From NCBI GenBank assembly GCA_002104945.1, contig MCFH01000028.1, forward strand, positions 434,001 to 498,000: DNA of 64,000 nucleotides, read 5' to 3'. This DNA comes from Piromyces finnis finn (lineage: Eukaryota > Fungi > Neocallimastigomycota). The position numbers and the translations under genes are program-made. The notes beneath the pieces are model-generated. The model was not told the origin of the DNA, did not search any database, and was given only the letters and a program-made list of their open reading frames with translations. How positions within the stretch are numbered: position 1 is the first letter of the stretch; each line of letters starts with the position of its first letter. Below are positions 1-15,065 of this stretch, one piece after another.

Positions 1-2129
1 TTTTTTATAGTAATCAAGTAAATATAATGATTCTTGGAATAATAACACTATTTTTTGAAAAATAAAAAAAAAAAAAATACTTGAAAAATGATGAATATAT
101 ATATAAATAAATATATATTGAACTATTGTAATTGAATTAATTTATTGAACTATATAGGTAAAAAAAAAATAAGTTCTATTTTTAATGACAATAATTTATA
201 TAGGATATATCAATAAACTTTCTTTTAAAGATAAATTGAAATATTTAAAAATTAAAAAAAAAAAAAAAAAAAAAATTAAAATTAAAATTATAAAATTAAA
301 ATTATATATTAATTTATTTATTTTATTATTATAATAAAATAAAAACGACAAATTGAAAATTCGCCTTTTTTTAAAAAAAAAAAATAAAATAAAATAAATA
401 TTAATATATTATTGATATAACACTTTTTTTAAAAAAAAAAAAAAAAAGTATTTTTTAATTCTTATTGATTCTTGATAGAAAGACCTTATTAAAAAGAAGA
501 AGAAGAAATTTTTAAAACAAAAAATTATACTTTTAAAAAATATTAAAGAATAATACTTGAAATTTGATGGTTGGTGCAACAACAAATAATCTTTTATAAA
601 TAATTAAATTGTTTCACAACTTATAGAGTATTAAATTATTAGAATTTAAAAAAAAAAAAAAAAAGGTTTATATATATATATTGTATTTATAATAATATTG
701 CTAATAAAATAAAATAGTGACACCCATCAACAAAATACAAACATAAAGAGATATTTAGTTTTTTTTTTTCCTTTCTATGTACTTATTTGGGGCTTTTTCT
801 TTTTTATAAGACGTGAAATATCAAAAAATTAAATTTTTATAAAATAGAATAATAATAATAATAATAATAATACTTATTATTAATATAAAATAAAATTATA
901 AAAATACACGATATTATTTTCCTTTTAGTCCTTTTATCTTTTTTTTTTTTTTTTCTTATGTATAATAATGAAATTTATTCGATTTTTTATTATTAATGAT
1001 TTAATAATAAGACTTTGTAATAATTGAAAGAGTAAAAAGAAGAAAAAAAATTTTTTTCTTTTTTTGTTTTTTGATTATTTTTGATTTAAAATGGCTATAT
1101 TTTTCTCTATTACAAAAGAATAATATTTCATTTTAATACATTTTTGATGTTAATAAATAATGCTAAGAAAAAAAATATAAAAAAAAAAAAAATTAAAAAA
1201 AATGCTTTGAAAAATATTGACTATATGTTTAGATTCTAATAATAATAATATAAAAAAAACTATTTATGAAATTTAAGATAAAAAAAAAAAAGAAATTATA
1301 TAGAAAACTTATTTTGTCTTGATATAAATATATAGATATTTAATTAATAATACATATAATAAAAATATTATATATATTTTAAAAGTATGAATGGTTTTAT
1401 TTTTTTTTCTTTCTTTCGGTTAAAACTTTGTTGATTCATTCATTTTATAAATTCAAAACTTTCTTTTTATATAATACATTATATATAAAGAAATTATAAA
1501 AACTTAAATCTTTTGATTTTTTTTATTTGGTATGTTTTATTTTGGTTTTTAAATTTTGGTTTTGATTATTCCTTTTTTTCTTTCTTTCCTCTTATTATTG
1601 TATTGTATATTTATTTATTTTGTTTATTTTATTGTTATATTGATAAATTTTGTTTATTTTTTGTTTTTTGTTTTTTGTTTTTTGTTTTAATTAAAATTAT
1701 TATTATCGATTAATATTCTACTAAAATTTTTGAGAATAACTAATGTATAATAATAATCGTTGGTTTTTAATTTATTTTTTAATTTTGTTTTTTAATGTAT
1801 ATTTTTATTGAACGTCGATAGTTTCCTTTAGTCTAAAAAAGATAAGTATTTTTATCGCTTAATTTTAGGATTATAAATAAAGCTTTATGTATTATATAAT
1901 TTCTTTAATAAATAAAGAAATATCAATAATTATTCCAAACTTTATTGTTTTTAAGAAAAGATATTAAGCTTTTTCTCTATTCAAAGAAATTGGAAGGCAT
2001 TGTAAATTTATAACTACTTAAAATTAAAATAGTTATGGGTATTTTCTCATTTTTTTGATGAGAGTTTAAAAACAATATAAAATAAAGGTATTTGAATTAT
2101 CCTATAATTCTTTTTATTTATTATTGTTT

Positions 2130-2457
2130 TTAATTTAATGAATTGTAAAGTTCAAAAATTGACTTTGTAATTATTTCATTTGAGTTGGATAAGCATATTG
2201 CGTTTCTTCTCTGTTATTATTATATTTATAATTTAAATTAAAATAATTAATAAATAATTCTTTATGGGATAATATTCTATTATAAATTATTATAAAAATA
2301 AATTTTTATTTTTATATACCTTTCTTAAATATTCAATTGGTGGTCTTGAACAGATATCTTCTAAAGTTTCTTCCTTTTGAATTTCAAGGTATGCTCCAAA
2401 AGAATCCATTTGATTATTGAAATCTAAAGAATTGAATGGTTGGCTAGCTGCTAACAT
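2130..2457 (-). CDS. Small two-exon orphan protein (72 aa) with an RRNAI motif
   Basis: Exon 1, 2457-2320: MLAASQPFNSLDFNNQMDSFGAYLEIQKEETLEDICSRPPIEYLRK. Intron 2319-2211 is GT...AG. Exon 2, 2210-2130: RRNAICLSNSNEIITKSIFELYNSLN*. The ATG has an AAAATG context, and both exons are GC-richer than the flanks. Confidence 0.65.
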
Positions 2458-4177
2458 TTTGATTGTTTGTTTGCTTTTTTTTTTATTTATTTAAATGAAA
2501 TAATTTATTTTTTAAAGTGATTTTATTTTATCTTAATAACTTGTTAATTTAACAATTAATTTTTTCTTATTCTTGTATAATTTTTTATGAATTATCTGGT
2601 ATTTCAGAAATTAAATAAAATTATAAGAATGTAAATTATTTATTATTGTTAATTATTTTAATTTTTCATTTATTATCTACTGATTTATTTTCTATCTATT
2701 TTAATCATAAATAATGCTTTTATGATTACTAATTTGCTAATATAAAATAATTCAAAAAAAAAAAAAAATAAAAAAATAAAAACTTATTTTTCTTTTTATA
2801 TAGTTTTAAAATTTCATTATATTTTTTTCTTTTTTATTATACTAAACTATAATCATTATGATTATTATTACAAAAAAATTAAAAAAATATTATTAATTTT
2901 CTTTTAATTTTCATTACAAAAAGAAATTGTATATTATATATATAAAGAATATAAATGAATATATGTAATATAAACAAAAATTATTGAAATTAAATAAATA
3001 GATATTAAATAATTTTAAATTATATTAAAATAATCTATACTAATTATTAAACTTTATTAAATAGTTGAAGTAGAATTTTTATTTTATATTAATTAATAAA
3101 AAAATAATAATTTTTATATATGCTCAATAGAAATATTTTAAATTTATATATTATATCATTTATAATGAATATATTGAATATATATAAGTAAATCAAATAA
3201 AAATAGTTGTAAAACTTTATAAAATATTAAAAATTTCAATAAATATAAATTTATTTTAATAATAACATGATAGCAGTATATAGTATATTTAGTTATATTC
3301 ACAAACCTCTTATAAATATTATAAATATTATTATAATGTATATATAAAATATAATTATAATATAATTATACAACAAATAATTATATTATTACAATACAAT
3401 ACATAATAGATTTATTATTCTACAATTTTTATTCCACATATTAATATTTTGTTAAGCAATTCAATTATCTATTAAAGTTTATTTTAGTAATATAAAAAAA
3501 GCCATTTCGTATTAATCCAAATTAATTAATTTAATATGGAATATTATTTCTATTAATAATAGTACATACCATAATACACTATAATATAATATATATTATA
3601 TTATATATTATATTAAATTATCATGGTTCAAACATTGAAGTATATTTTATAATTATTTATATTAGCTATATATTTTGAAATATATTATTGTATGACATTT
3701 AAATTAATTTAGAAATGTGAATAAAGAAGATGGTATGACAAAAATGAAAATTTTAATTTATTTTTTTATTTAATAATAATAGAAAAATTAAAATACTATT
3801 TCAAAAAAAAAAGTTAAGATAAAAAAAAAGGTAAATAACAATTAATGGTTTATGTAATAGTTATGTAATAAAGATTTATTCATCTGGACTGGTATTTGCA
3901 TTAGTTATAATGAAATAAAATAATGAATTTCTACTTTTTGATGAATATTTACTAAAATTTATAAAGGATGGTCATGTTAGTGGTAAACAAAATGAACAAT
4001 TTTAAAAAAATTAATCATTAGTATCATAAATTAAATAAAAGGATATACATTTTAATATTACTAAATACTAATTTAATTAAAGTAAAAATAATGATTACAT
4101 TTTAGTCTAATGGTTCAATAAATGGATAGGATGTCTATTAAAATACCAATAACTTGCTACAATTAAATGAAGAAAGA

Positions 4178-4497
4178 GAATCATGCCAAATACAATAAAA
4201 CTTTTATTTTCATTGTATTAAAATGTATTAAAATGTATTAGATATAAAAAAAATCAAGAATCATGCCAAATACAATAAAACTTTTATTTTCATTGTATTA
4301 AAATGTATTAAAATGTATTAGATATAAAAAAAATCAAGAATCATGCCAAATACAATAAAACTTTTATTTTCATTGTATTAAAATGTATTAAAATGTATTA
4401 GATATAAAAAAAATCAAGAATCATGCCAAATACAATAAAACTTTTATTTTCATTGTATTAAAATGTATTAAAATGTATTAGATATAAAAAAAATCAA
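4178..4497. repeat. Perfect tandem repeat, 80-bp unit x4
   Basis: TCATGCCAAATACAATAAAAC recurs at 4181, 4261, 4341 and 4421 (period 80). Each unit contains an internal TGTATTA(AAA) x3 sub-repeat. Confidence 0.95.
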
Positions 4498-6338
4498 ACA
4501 ATATATTATTATATATTTGCAAAATATATTAAAATAAATAGGAAGTTTTTGTATACTAATAAAATACATATAATTAAAGTTTATTTATTGAATAAATGAT
4601 ATTATCCAATAAATAATTAACTTTAAATAGTATAAATAATTGTAATATTACACAAAAATAATTAATTTATATCCATTATTTTTTTATATTTAAAATAAAA
4701 CAGATTTTCATAATTTTATATACAAATATTAAAAGACTATTAAAATAAATTTATTATATAATATATTATCAATATATCATTAATACATAGCTAATATATG
4801 GTTACTTGAAAGAATAAATAATTATAAAAGTTTAAAGGTTAAGAAAAAAATCTTTAACGGAAACATTGGTTATATTACTATAAAAGGTAATATTAATTAT
4901 TTAAAAGTGAACTTTTTTTAACAATTTCTGTAAAATTAACTTTTCATTTTTTAATAACTTCTATGGTTAGATAAATAAAGAAAAAAAAAAGAGAAAAGAT
5001 TTCAATAAAAATCAGGATATAATATTATTATTTTTTTTCAAAATCTTTCATTCATTATATTTATTTTTATTATTCTTGTATAATGATTAAAATCATTTAT
5101 TAGTTATGCATAAATTATAAATAATTTTTTCTTAAAGATGTTAAATGATTAATATTATCAATAATAATTTTTTAATATAAAAATAAAAATAGTGTCATAC
5201 AAAATGTATGATTTCATGTACATTGTAATACAAATTTTTATTTTTACTTTTTCAAACCCTTCAATATACTAATATTTATTTATTATTAATTGAAAGATTT
5301 AAAATATTTATGGAATGAATTTTTGATTTTATATTACTATTAATTATTTTTTAAAATTATTAAAATATTTATATATATTAATGTTGAAACCAAATTATTA
5401 TCATGTTGAATAATGACAATTATAAAGTAATAAATGTGATATTCATTATATTTATATTTTTTAAATGTTTTCTTAAAATATTATAGATTAAATTGTAATA
5501 TTTCTTGTTCTTTATTATACTAATTTATGTCAAATGAATAGATAAAAAATTTTGTTAGATTTTTTATAAATTAGAAAATAAAAGGAAATTATTTTAAAGT
5601 CTTAATATTATATATTTTTTTTCCCTACATTTTCAACATGTACTATTAATAATATATAAGCATTAAATTTAATTTTTAACTAAAAGCTATATATTTTCAT
5701 TTCTTTTTATATTATATTTTATTAAGAAAATATCATTGCTTATTATATAATAATAATAGAAATGTTGTATGGTGTTTCCATCCATTTTTCAATATGGTTT
5801 TTAAATTTTAACCCTTTAAAAATATATCATGATTGGATAGTTTTTTTATAATAATTTTTTAAATTTTTTTTCCAATATTTGATTATTAAATGAAATAAAG
5901 CAACCAACAATTATCAATTAGAGAATTAGAGGAATTTGCAATTATATTAAAAGAAATTGTAGTTATATAAAATTTAAAAAAAATCATAAATAATTGTTAA
6001 TTGCAATAAGAATTATTGAAATTTCAATAATAAATATATATATATTTAAAATATAAAAATAGTATAATTATTTTTAATTATATAAAATTAAATATATATT
6101 TTTATATAACGGATAAATTCAATATTTAAATTTCTTTAAATTTCTTATTTAAAAGAAAATAGAGAAAGTATTTATTTATTGAAATATACGAGTATATTTT
6201 TATATATAATTTTATAATTATTTTTTTTAAAAGAAATTGATAATAACAAAAAAAAAAGCAAAGCTATTTAATTATCAGGACTGGAATTTAATATTTTTTG
6301 TACATAATCTGATTTATTTAATATATAAAGTATAAAAA

Positions 6339-6514
6339 ATGTCAGAAGAAATAATAAAACGTTTATTTATTGGAGGTATAGCTGATGATTGTACCGAAAA
6401 AGATTTAAATGGAAGATTTGAAAGATTTGGAAAAATTCTTACAGTTGATATTCCACAAGATTCTCTTAGTGGTACTTATTCAATATAAAATATAACAATA
6501 ATAATATTAATAAT

Positions 6515-6552
<38 letters not shown>

Positions 6553-8407
6553 GTTAAATGTAACGATATTATAAATTATATTCATATTTCTATATTATAA
6601 TTTTATTGTAATAAATAGGAAGACCAAAAGGTTTTGGTTATATTAGTATTAAAATCACAGAACAATCCTATAAAAGATGTAATTTTAGAATTCAGATTTT
6701 CAATTCATAATAATTTTTGTATTCCAACAATTATTAAATATATTAACATTTTTCAATATAGGTGTTTCATTGTTAAATAAAACAAAATGGAGAGGAAAAG
6801 AATTAAAAATAGAAGAAGCTAAACCTGATTATATGCAACGGTATAATTTCTATTTAAAAATTCATTTTTAGAATGATTCATTTTTAATTTTATAATCTAT
6901 TATAATCTATTAATCCATAATATATTTTTTAATAATATATATTTTTATTTATTATTATTATTTTTTTATTTTATAATTATATAATATAATTCATCTCAAA
7001 TTATATAAACATTAAAAATAATCACACACACACAAAATGTATACTTTTTCATTATTAATAAATTATTAAAATATAAAATTATTAGTTTAAGAAATGAATG
7101 GGATGGTATATATATAGAACAAGATAAGAAAAAAAATAAATTATCAAAAAAGAAGCAAAAGAGACAACAATATATATCTGAAGCTGAAGATTTAACTCCT
7201 GTAACAGATATAACGGGAAAAGATAGAAAGGTTGATACATTAAAAAAAATTATATTCCCCCCTAGTTATCATTTATTCAATTAATTTTAAATGTTTCCTT
7301 TTTTTTTTCTTTAAATTTCTTTTTATTAAGGGATGGGTAATTGGAAGATATGGCAGAGCAATGACTATATTAAGAATTAAAGACCCAAAAACTAAACAAG
7401 TAATTAGTTTTAATACACTTAATAAATATGATGAATACATATATTAACTAATATTTTAATGCTATTTTATTTTTATTTTGGTGTACTATAAAACAATTTA
7501 TACATATATAATATTTATTATCTCTGTATGCATATAAAATTTTGAAAATAAAAGATATTTAAATATGACCCATCAAAATATAAAAATTCATTAAAAAAAT
7601 TAAATGCTCCATATGTTGATATACCAATAAATAAATTAAGTTTGAATTATAATGATATTTCAAAATCATCAATAAATAACAAAGAAAATAAATATGAATC
7701 ACAAAAAGGAATAGATGTAAAAGAAAAAGAAGAGATTCAAATAAATAATGTAAAATCAAATAATAAGGATACCGTAAAGAATGAATTAACAAATGAAGTA
7801 TGTAATATATATGTAATCACTTATTATTGTAATTAAAAAAAAAAAAAAAAAAAAAAACTATAATATATTTCATATAAATAAATTAAATTTATATTAAATT
7901 AATAATTATTAAAATATCATGCATTATTCAGGAAAAGAAAGAAATGGCAAACCAAAAAAGATTAGAAGCATTAAAAGAAAAGCAAGAAAGAAGTAAATTA
8001 GCAAAACAACAAATTAAAATATCGTTAACTAATATTGATTCAATGGTAAAATATTATTTATTATTTTGATATAATTTGATATTTCTCATTTCATTTATTC
8101 TAATTGTTTTTATACTTTAATATTTTTAAAAATTGCATATAATAAACTATTAGGAAAAGAGTAAATCTCATATAAAATTTGATGATGATGGTGATGATGA
8201 AAATAATGATGATGGTGATAATAATGATAATAGTGAATATGTTAGTCCTGGAAGTAATCTAAAATTATTTGATTCAGATGATGATGACGAGGAAAATGAA
8301 GAAGAAGATCTTGGTTCGTATATAATTATAATATATTATTGAATTATTTATATATTATCATTAGCCAACCTATTAAAGTAATGTTGAAAAATAATAAATA
8401 CTAATTT

Positions 8408-8445
<38 letters not shown>

Positions 8446-10061
8446 CATTTATATTTAAATATAAATAGATGATCTTTTCAAAGTTAAAAAGGTATTTGAA
8501 GGAAAGGCTGGTGAAGAAAGATTTAAATTACAAAAGTCGTTTAATGGTGATAGCCGTTTTAAGCTTGGTGATGAATTTATTGATGATGATGAAGAAGATG
8601 AGGAGGATAATGACGATGAAGATTATAATTTAGAAGGTGACAAACCTATTTCAGCAGATACAAATGAAGATATTGATCAAGAAATGGAAGAAGACCATAA
8701 ACGTACATTTGATGTATTAAATATGATTTTCGGTGATGAATTACCAAATACTGCTAATGAGATAAAGAGTACACCAAATGAAATAAATGCTGTTTCTGAA
8801 GCAAGGTAAATTAATTTAATTATCAAAATCTATCAATAAATAAATAAATTAATTAATAAATAATATTACCACTACCACTACTAGTAGATTTAATAAATAT
8901 TTATATTAAATTTATTTATTTATTTATTATTAATTAGTTATAATAAGGGCACTGTAATAACTACTAAATCAAAACTAATGTGGAATGATACTTTACGTTA
9001 TGATCCAGATGCAGAGGATGCAGAAGAATATTTAGTTAAAGATGAAAAGACATCAAAGGTTGAAGAAGAAGAAGAAGAAGAAGTTCCTGAAAATAAAGGT
9101 ATTTTATTTAATTATTAACTAACCAAATAAAACAATATGTGATTAATAATTTTTACTATATCTATACAATATTAATAGTCGAAACTTCATTACAAGCTCC
9201 AGAGGTATCAAAGGAAAAGCATTTTGAAGTTTCAAAGAATTTAACTTCTATTTTACTTGGTGAAACAAAGAACGAGAGCACCGGTAACTATTAATTACTA
9301 AAACATTTGATGATAGAAATATAAATATCATGATTCTATGAAATAAATGATTCTTATAATAATCATATAATTTTATTTTATTTTATTTTTATTAAACAAT
9401 AAAGGTTTTTCATTATTTGGAAATAGAGATGATGAAGATAATGACAATAATAATGAAAGTAAATCGTCTTTTCTTTTTGGATTTGGTAACAAAAATAATG
9501 ACAACAACGACAACAATACTTCATCCTTTAGTTTTTCATTTGGTAGTAGTCAAAAAGAGGATAAAGAAAATGATGCAAACAATAATACTAATGATTTCAT
9601 GAAAAGTTTAAGTACATCAAAACTATTTTTCTTCCATTTCAACGATAAAGACTTAAGACATAGGTAACAAACTTTATAATTTTACTTAACTAATATGTAT
9701 TAATAAAAATTTTTCTAAAAATTACTTTAAAAAATTTTAGAACATTATATTCTGATACTAATCGTGTATTTATGAGAACTGAATCAATGTAAGTAGTAAT
9801 AAAAATAAAATGAATATTTATATTTATATTAGAATAAATATTTTTATTTAAAAAAAAAAAAAAAAATTATTTTAATAAATTGCATAATAACTTTTTATTT
9901 TAATACTTTTTTAATTTTCTATTCAAAGTGCTGATATTAATGCCGCATTTGAGGAAAAGAAGCAAGAATTAACTCAAGAATTCAAACGTAAACATAAATC
10001 AGCTACAAGAAAAAAGATAAAAATGAAAAAATTAAATAACAACAAAAAACAAAAAGTTTAA
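6339..10061 (+). CDS. NOL8: Nucleolar protein 8-like RRM protein (multi-exon)
   Basis: Spliced N-terminal RRM: MSEEIIKRLFIGGIADDCTEKDLNGRFERFG...RPKGFGYISI...CVSLLNKTKWRGKELKIEEAKPDY. The LNKTKW(R/K)G motif is typical of NOL8. The middle is acidic and includes GDSRFKLGDEF; the basic C-terminus reads QEFKRKHKSATRKK. Internal exon boundaries were only partly traced. Confidence 0.8.
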
Positions 10062-10941
10062 TTTTTTTTTTTTTATTCTTTTATTTCTTATTCTTTATTT
10101 ATAAAATATAAAATATTTCTTACTATTATTATTACTTTTTTTTTTTTTTTTTCAATGTTTTTCCTTTTTCCTTTTATTTATTAATATATTTTTTTTTATT
10201 ATATATTATATATTTATACATAGAAAGATATAAAAATAGTGTGCGTTTTTTTTTTTTTTTTTTTTAATAGTAATATTTAATTATTTAATATTATTTGTAA
10301 TTTTTATATTTTATTTTTTTTTTAAAATTGAGTTTATGAATAAAAAAAATAATAAATAAAATAAAATATTAGAATATTTTTTAGATATTATAAAATATTT
10401 ATATTAAATAAAGTTATAGTATTGTAAAAAACAATTACCGAAAATAAAAATAAAACAAAAACAAAAACAAAAACAAATCTAACATTTTTATCTGGTACTT
10501 TTATCTATCATATGTACTCCTATTTATATATATTATTATTTTTATTTTTTTTTAATTTTATTTTTTATTTTATTTTTTTTTTTTATTTTTATTGGTGTTA
10601 TATGTAAGAATAATAATAAAAAGAGAGATTATTAAAAAAGTAATAAAAATAAAATAAAAAGAAGTTATTTTTTCTCTTTTTCTTTCTTTTTCTTCTATTT
10701 TTATATTAATTAAAAAAAATAATTAAAAAATAATATTACATTAGAATTTAATTATATTATTAATGCTTTGTAAAATTATCATTAATTCATCTGTTACTTT
10801 GATTATTATTTTATAAAAGTAGTCATTAGAATAATTTTTTATTTAAATAGTTTTTTATATTTTTTTGTTTTAATTTGCATTTGAAATTAATAATAATTAT
10901 TAATTGAAATTATCCATTAATTATTTTGATTAATATTAAAT

Positions 10942-12969
10942 TTATTGTTCTGGTTCAATAGTAGATCCTCTCTTAATTGTACCCCATCCAATTAAACTAT
11001 TTATTAAAAATAATAATAATAAAAAAGATATTTAGTTACATCTGTATTTAACATTTATATTTATATTTTTTAATATAAGATATTTAAATAAAAAACTTAC
11101 CGCCAGTGCTTATCAATTCTTCTACTTAAAGCAATCTTTTCATTGACTTCAGTACAAGCTGGTGAACTTAATTGAATCTTAGCAAGATCAGCCTTAACAC
11201 TAATTACACGACCACCAGTAGATGTAGAACCAATATTAACCATAAGAACTTCATTCTTAGATAATTTTTGAACTTTAGCTTGCTTCTTATCATCGGTTTT
11301 AACACCAAGAAGTCTACGAAGTAAGAAGTAGTTGATTTCTAATTCAGTGTAAATAGCTGGTAATTTACCAACAGCACCTAAAACTTGACCAACAAGACGA
11401 TCAGCACGACAAAGGGTTGGATCAACCTTAGTACCAACACCAATTAAACCTCCTGGAACAGCGAATTTCATTTGGTTGGTTTCGGCTAAAAGTGAAACAA
11501 TCTTTGAGAAAATTGGCTTACACTTAAGTTTACCTTCACTATCCTTAGAAACAATACCTGGTCTAATTTCAATTTCATCATTGATCTATTTTAATGTATT
11601 TTATGTTAATTTTTGTAATTTAATAAAAATATTTTGATAATTATAATCATAAGCATATTGTATTTTTTTAAAAACAAATATAGTAATTAAAATGTATATT
11701 TAATTATTTTATAATTTAACTACCTTTAAAACACCACATAAAATAGAACCACCAGCAACACCACCCTTTAAATCATCAACTTCAGAACCTGGTTTGTTAA
11801 CATCGAAACTTCTAATAACAATTAAACGTGGATCAGCAGTAAAATCTCTACGTGGGATTGGAATCTTTTTAACAATGTATTCATTGACAGCATCAATATT
11901 ATACTTTAATTGGGCAGAAATTGGGATGATTGGTGCACGATCAGCAACAGTACCTATTCAAGTTCAATATTATAAGTATTTACTTTTTAAATACAATTAT
12001 AAAAATAATACTAAAATTTACCTTTGACGAATTTTAAGATACTTTTGTAATGTTCTTGAGCAGAAGTTTCTTTTACTAAATCAATTTTGTTTTGAAGAAT
12101 AATGATATGCTTTAACTTCATAATTTCAATAGCAGCTAAATGTTCAGAAGTTTGTGGTTGTGGGCAAGATTCATTACCAGCAATTAATAATAAAGCAGCA
12201 TCCATAACAGCTGCACCGTTTAACATTGTAGCCATAAGAATATCGTGACCTGGACAATCGACGAAAGAAACATGACTATTATATGTTTATTAATTATATT
12301 TTATATCAGTATGTGCATTGATTATTATATTACTATCTAATTAAGTTTAATTGATAGGCCATATTTTAACATCTCATAACCATTACTATTTTTTTAAATT
12401 AAATGTTTAAGACTATTTAACATTAAAATATAATAAAATATATATACCGAATTAATTTCATTTTTCCATCACAACCTGGTACTTCACAATCAAAACCTTC
12501 TTTAGTATCACTCTTGCAAGATTTATAACAACCTGGTCTTGGGCACTTTTCATTAGAACACTTGAAGATCTTTTATTTTGAAAATTTATTTATAAGTAAA
12601 TACTTTATCTTTAATTTTAGTTATTTTTAAAAAACTTTATTTATTATACCTTAGCATTAGCGTAACCTAACTTAATAGTAATGTTACGTTCTAATTCGTT
12701 CTTAAAACGAACAGTTTGAACACCAGAAATAGCCTTGACAACAGTAGATTTACCGTGAGCTACATGACCAATAGTACCTTTTAAATAAATAATATAATGA
12801 TATTCAATAAATATAGATATTATAAATAAACTATTATTATTTGCATCATGATTTTAAAATATGACTATTAATATTTACCAATATTAATGGTAGCTTGGTT
12901 GCAAATAACTTCTGGTGAAAGTGGATCTAATTTAGTTGGGTCAACGTTAATTTCTTCAACTTCTGCCAT
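10942..12969 (-). CDS. GCD11: Translation initiation factor eIF2 gamma subunit (multi-exon)
   Basis: [89 protein letters not shown] and terminal [17 protein letters not shown]. Confidence 0.97.
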
Positions 12970-13942
12970 ATTTAACTGAAATTATTTATATTATAACAAA
13001 AAAATAATTATATTAATATTAAAATTAATGTTTCCAATTAAATTGTAATTTTAATTATCTATTGATATTATAAATATAAAGTTTAATCTCTATATAGATT
13101 ATTTATTGAATTTTATTTTATCTTTTTTCTTTATTTTTTCTTTATTTTACTTTATTTTTGTGGTGTTATTGACATTATTAAAAATTTCATTATTGATTAA
13201 TATTTATAATGATTGATTTAGATTTTCGATGATTAAAAACATGATTGATTTAAATTATCGAATAATTATTATATATTTCGAAATTTCTTGTATTTTATCA
13301 TTTCATTTCTTTTTATAATTTCATCTTATTTTCTTTTCATAACAAATTCTAATATTAATTATAATAATTCTTAAACATTCTTTTATTAATTACGATATTT
13401 ACTTCAAAGATTTTTTGTATTTTTAGAGTAAGAGAAAAAAAAATATATTATAATTTAATGTTCTATTATCTTAATCAACTATAATACATAATACATTTTA
13501 TTTTACATTAAAATTAATATAAAATAATGTATTAAATAATAATTTAAATTATTTAAATTAATTTATTGAAGGATGTAATTAAATATGTATTGTAATCAAT
13601 ACAATTTGTATTTTTATATATTAGTTTTAATATGAAAAGTAGTTATAAATTGTTTAAAAAATAAAAAATAATTTTACCCAATCATAACAAAGAATTTTAT
13701 ATCCAATCAATATATAGAAAATGTATAATAAATCTTATTGATAATATATTAGATTAAATTAATAATATATTATATTTTTGGTAAATACATAAATTATTAA
13801 AAAATTATAAAATGTACATCTTTATATATAATAATTTAGATTATATATTAATGAATAAAAAAAATAAAAAATAAATAAATTGAAAAGTATTGAAATAATA
13901 ATTATAATTTTTTTGCTTAAATAAATAATAAAAATTACAAAG

Positions 13943-14829
13943 ATGAAGGAAAAATTAGGAATTATAACTGGATTTGGTGTAAAATTTATTTGGAATCATA
14001 TAATAAATAATAAGCTAACTATTTATGAAAAAATATTTTTTATTATTATTATTGTTATTATTTATGTTGATTCTGGATATTAAAGATTTTTATATAATTT
14101 TATTTATCTATTTATTTTTATTTAAAAATAATTTTAAAAGTTATTTGGAGATAACAAAGTAAATCCTAGCTGGGAAGCAGCAAAGACTTTTAAAGATAAA
14201 ATTATTGAGGAAAATGGAAAAATTGTTCATTTAGACGTAGAATATTTTGATGTAGATTACAAAATTGTTAAAGGTTTATTTAATATATTTATAATAATGT
14301 CTTTACAAAAAAAATCATTAGAAAAAAAAAAATAAATATTTATGTTTTTATTATTATAATCTTATTATGATAAATATACCATTATTATATTATATTTAAA
14401 TAAGAAAGTGTTAAAGAAAAAATTTATGATAAAAATCCATCCTTTATATTACATATTGGATTAAATGCATCATTAAAAGATACTCTAGATTTTGAAACTT
14501 CTGCTTATTATACTGAAGATGTAGATATAATTGAAGAAAAGTGTCCTTTAGTTATTAAAACAGATATGAGATGGATTAATGATTTAATGAATAATACTAA
14601 AAAAAGGTTAACATATTGTGGATGGAATTGTAAATTATCAGAAAATCCTGGGAGATATTTATGTAATTTTATTTATTATTTATCTATGAATTATAAAATA
14701 TCCAATAATAAAGATTTCAAAGTTTTTTTCTTACATATTCCAGAAGCAAATAACAGCCCGAAACAAACACAACAATGCATAAATGAAGCAATTAATATAA
14801 TAGTTCATGAAATAATTAAAACACTTTAA
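13943..14829 (+). CDS. PGPEP1: Pyroglutamyl-peptidase I (peptidase C15), multi-exon
   Basis: IITGFG, NPSWEAAK, ILHIGLN, DFETSA (catalytic Glu), SENPGRYLCNFIYY (catalytic Cys) and FFLHIP (catalytic His). Confidence 0.88.
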
Positions 14830-15065
14830 AACTTTTATTGTAAATTTTAAATAATAGAAATAAATTTTAATACCTTTAAGTTTTTATTATAAATTTATTA
14901 TTTTGTTATTAAAAAATTAGACATTATCTATTTTTTAATAATTTTTTATAAATATTTTAATGAGTTTTTATATTTAATTAAATGTTTCTTCCTATTTAAA
15001 AATAATTTATGGATAATAATTATATCATGGAAAGTTTATTTTTTTTATTTATTTATCTTATTATT

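Noticed and set aside
1513-1713. 66-aa Phe-rich ORF, and similar ones at 16628, 38055, 50632, 56023, 60439 and 60995
   Set aside because: These are low-complexity translations of T-rich or A-rich non-coding or antisense DNA, often with TTG starts and no coding-like composition.
4178-4497. Possible CRISPR array
   Set aside because: The units are contiguous and identical with no unique spacers, the context is eukaryotic, and there are no cas genes.
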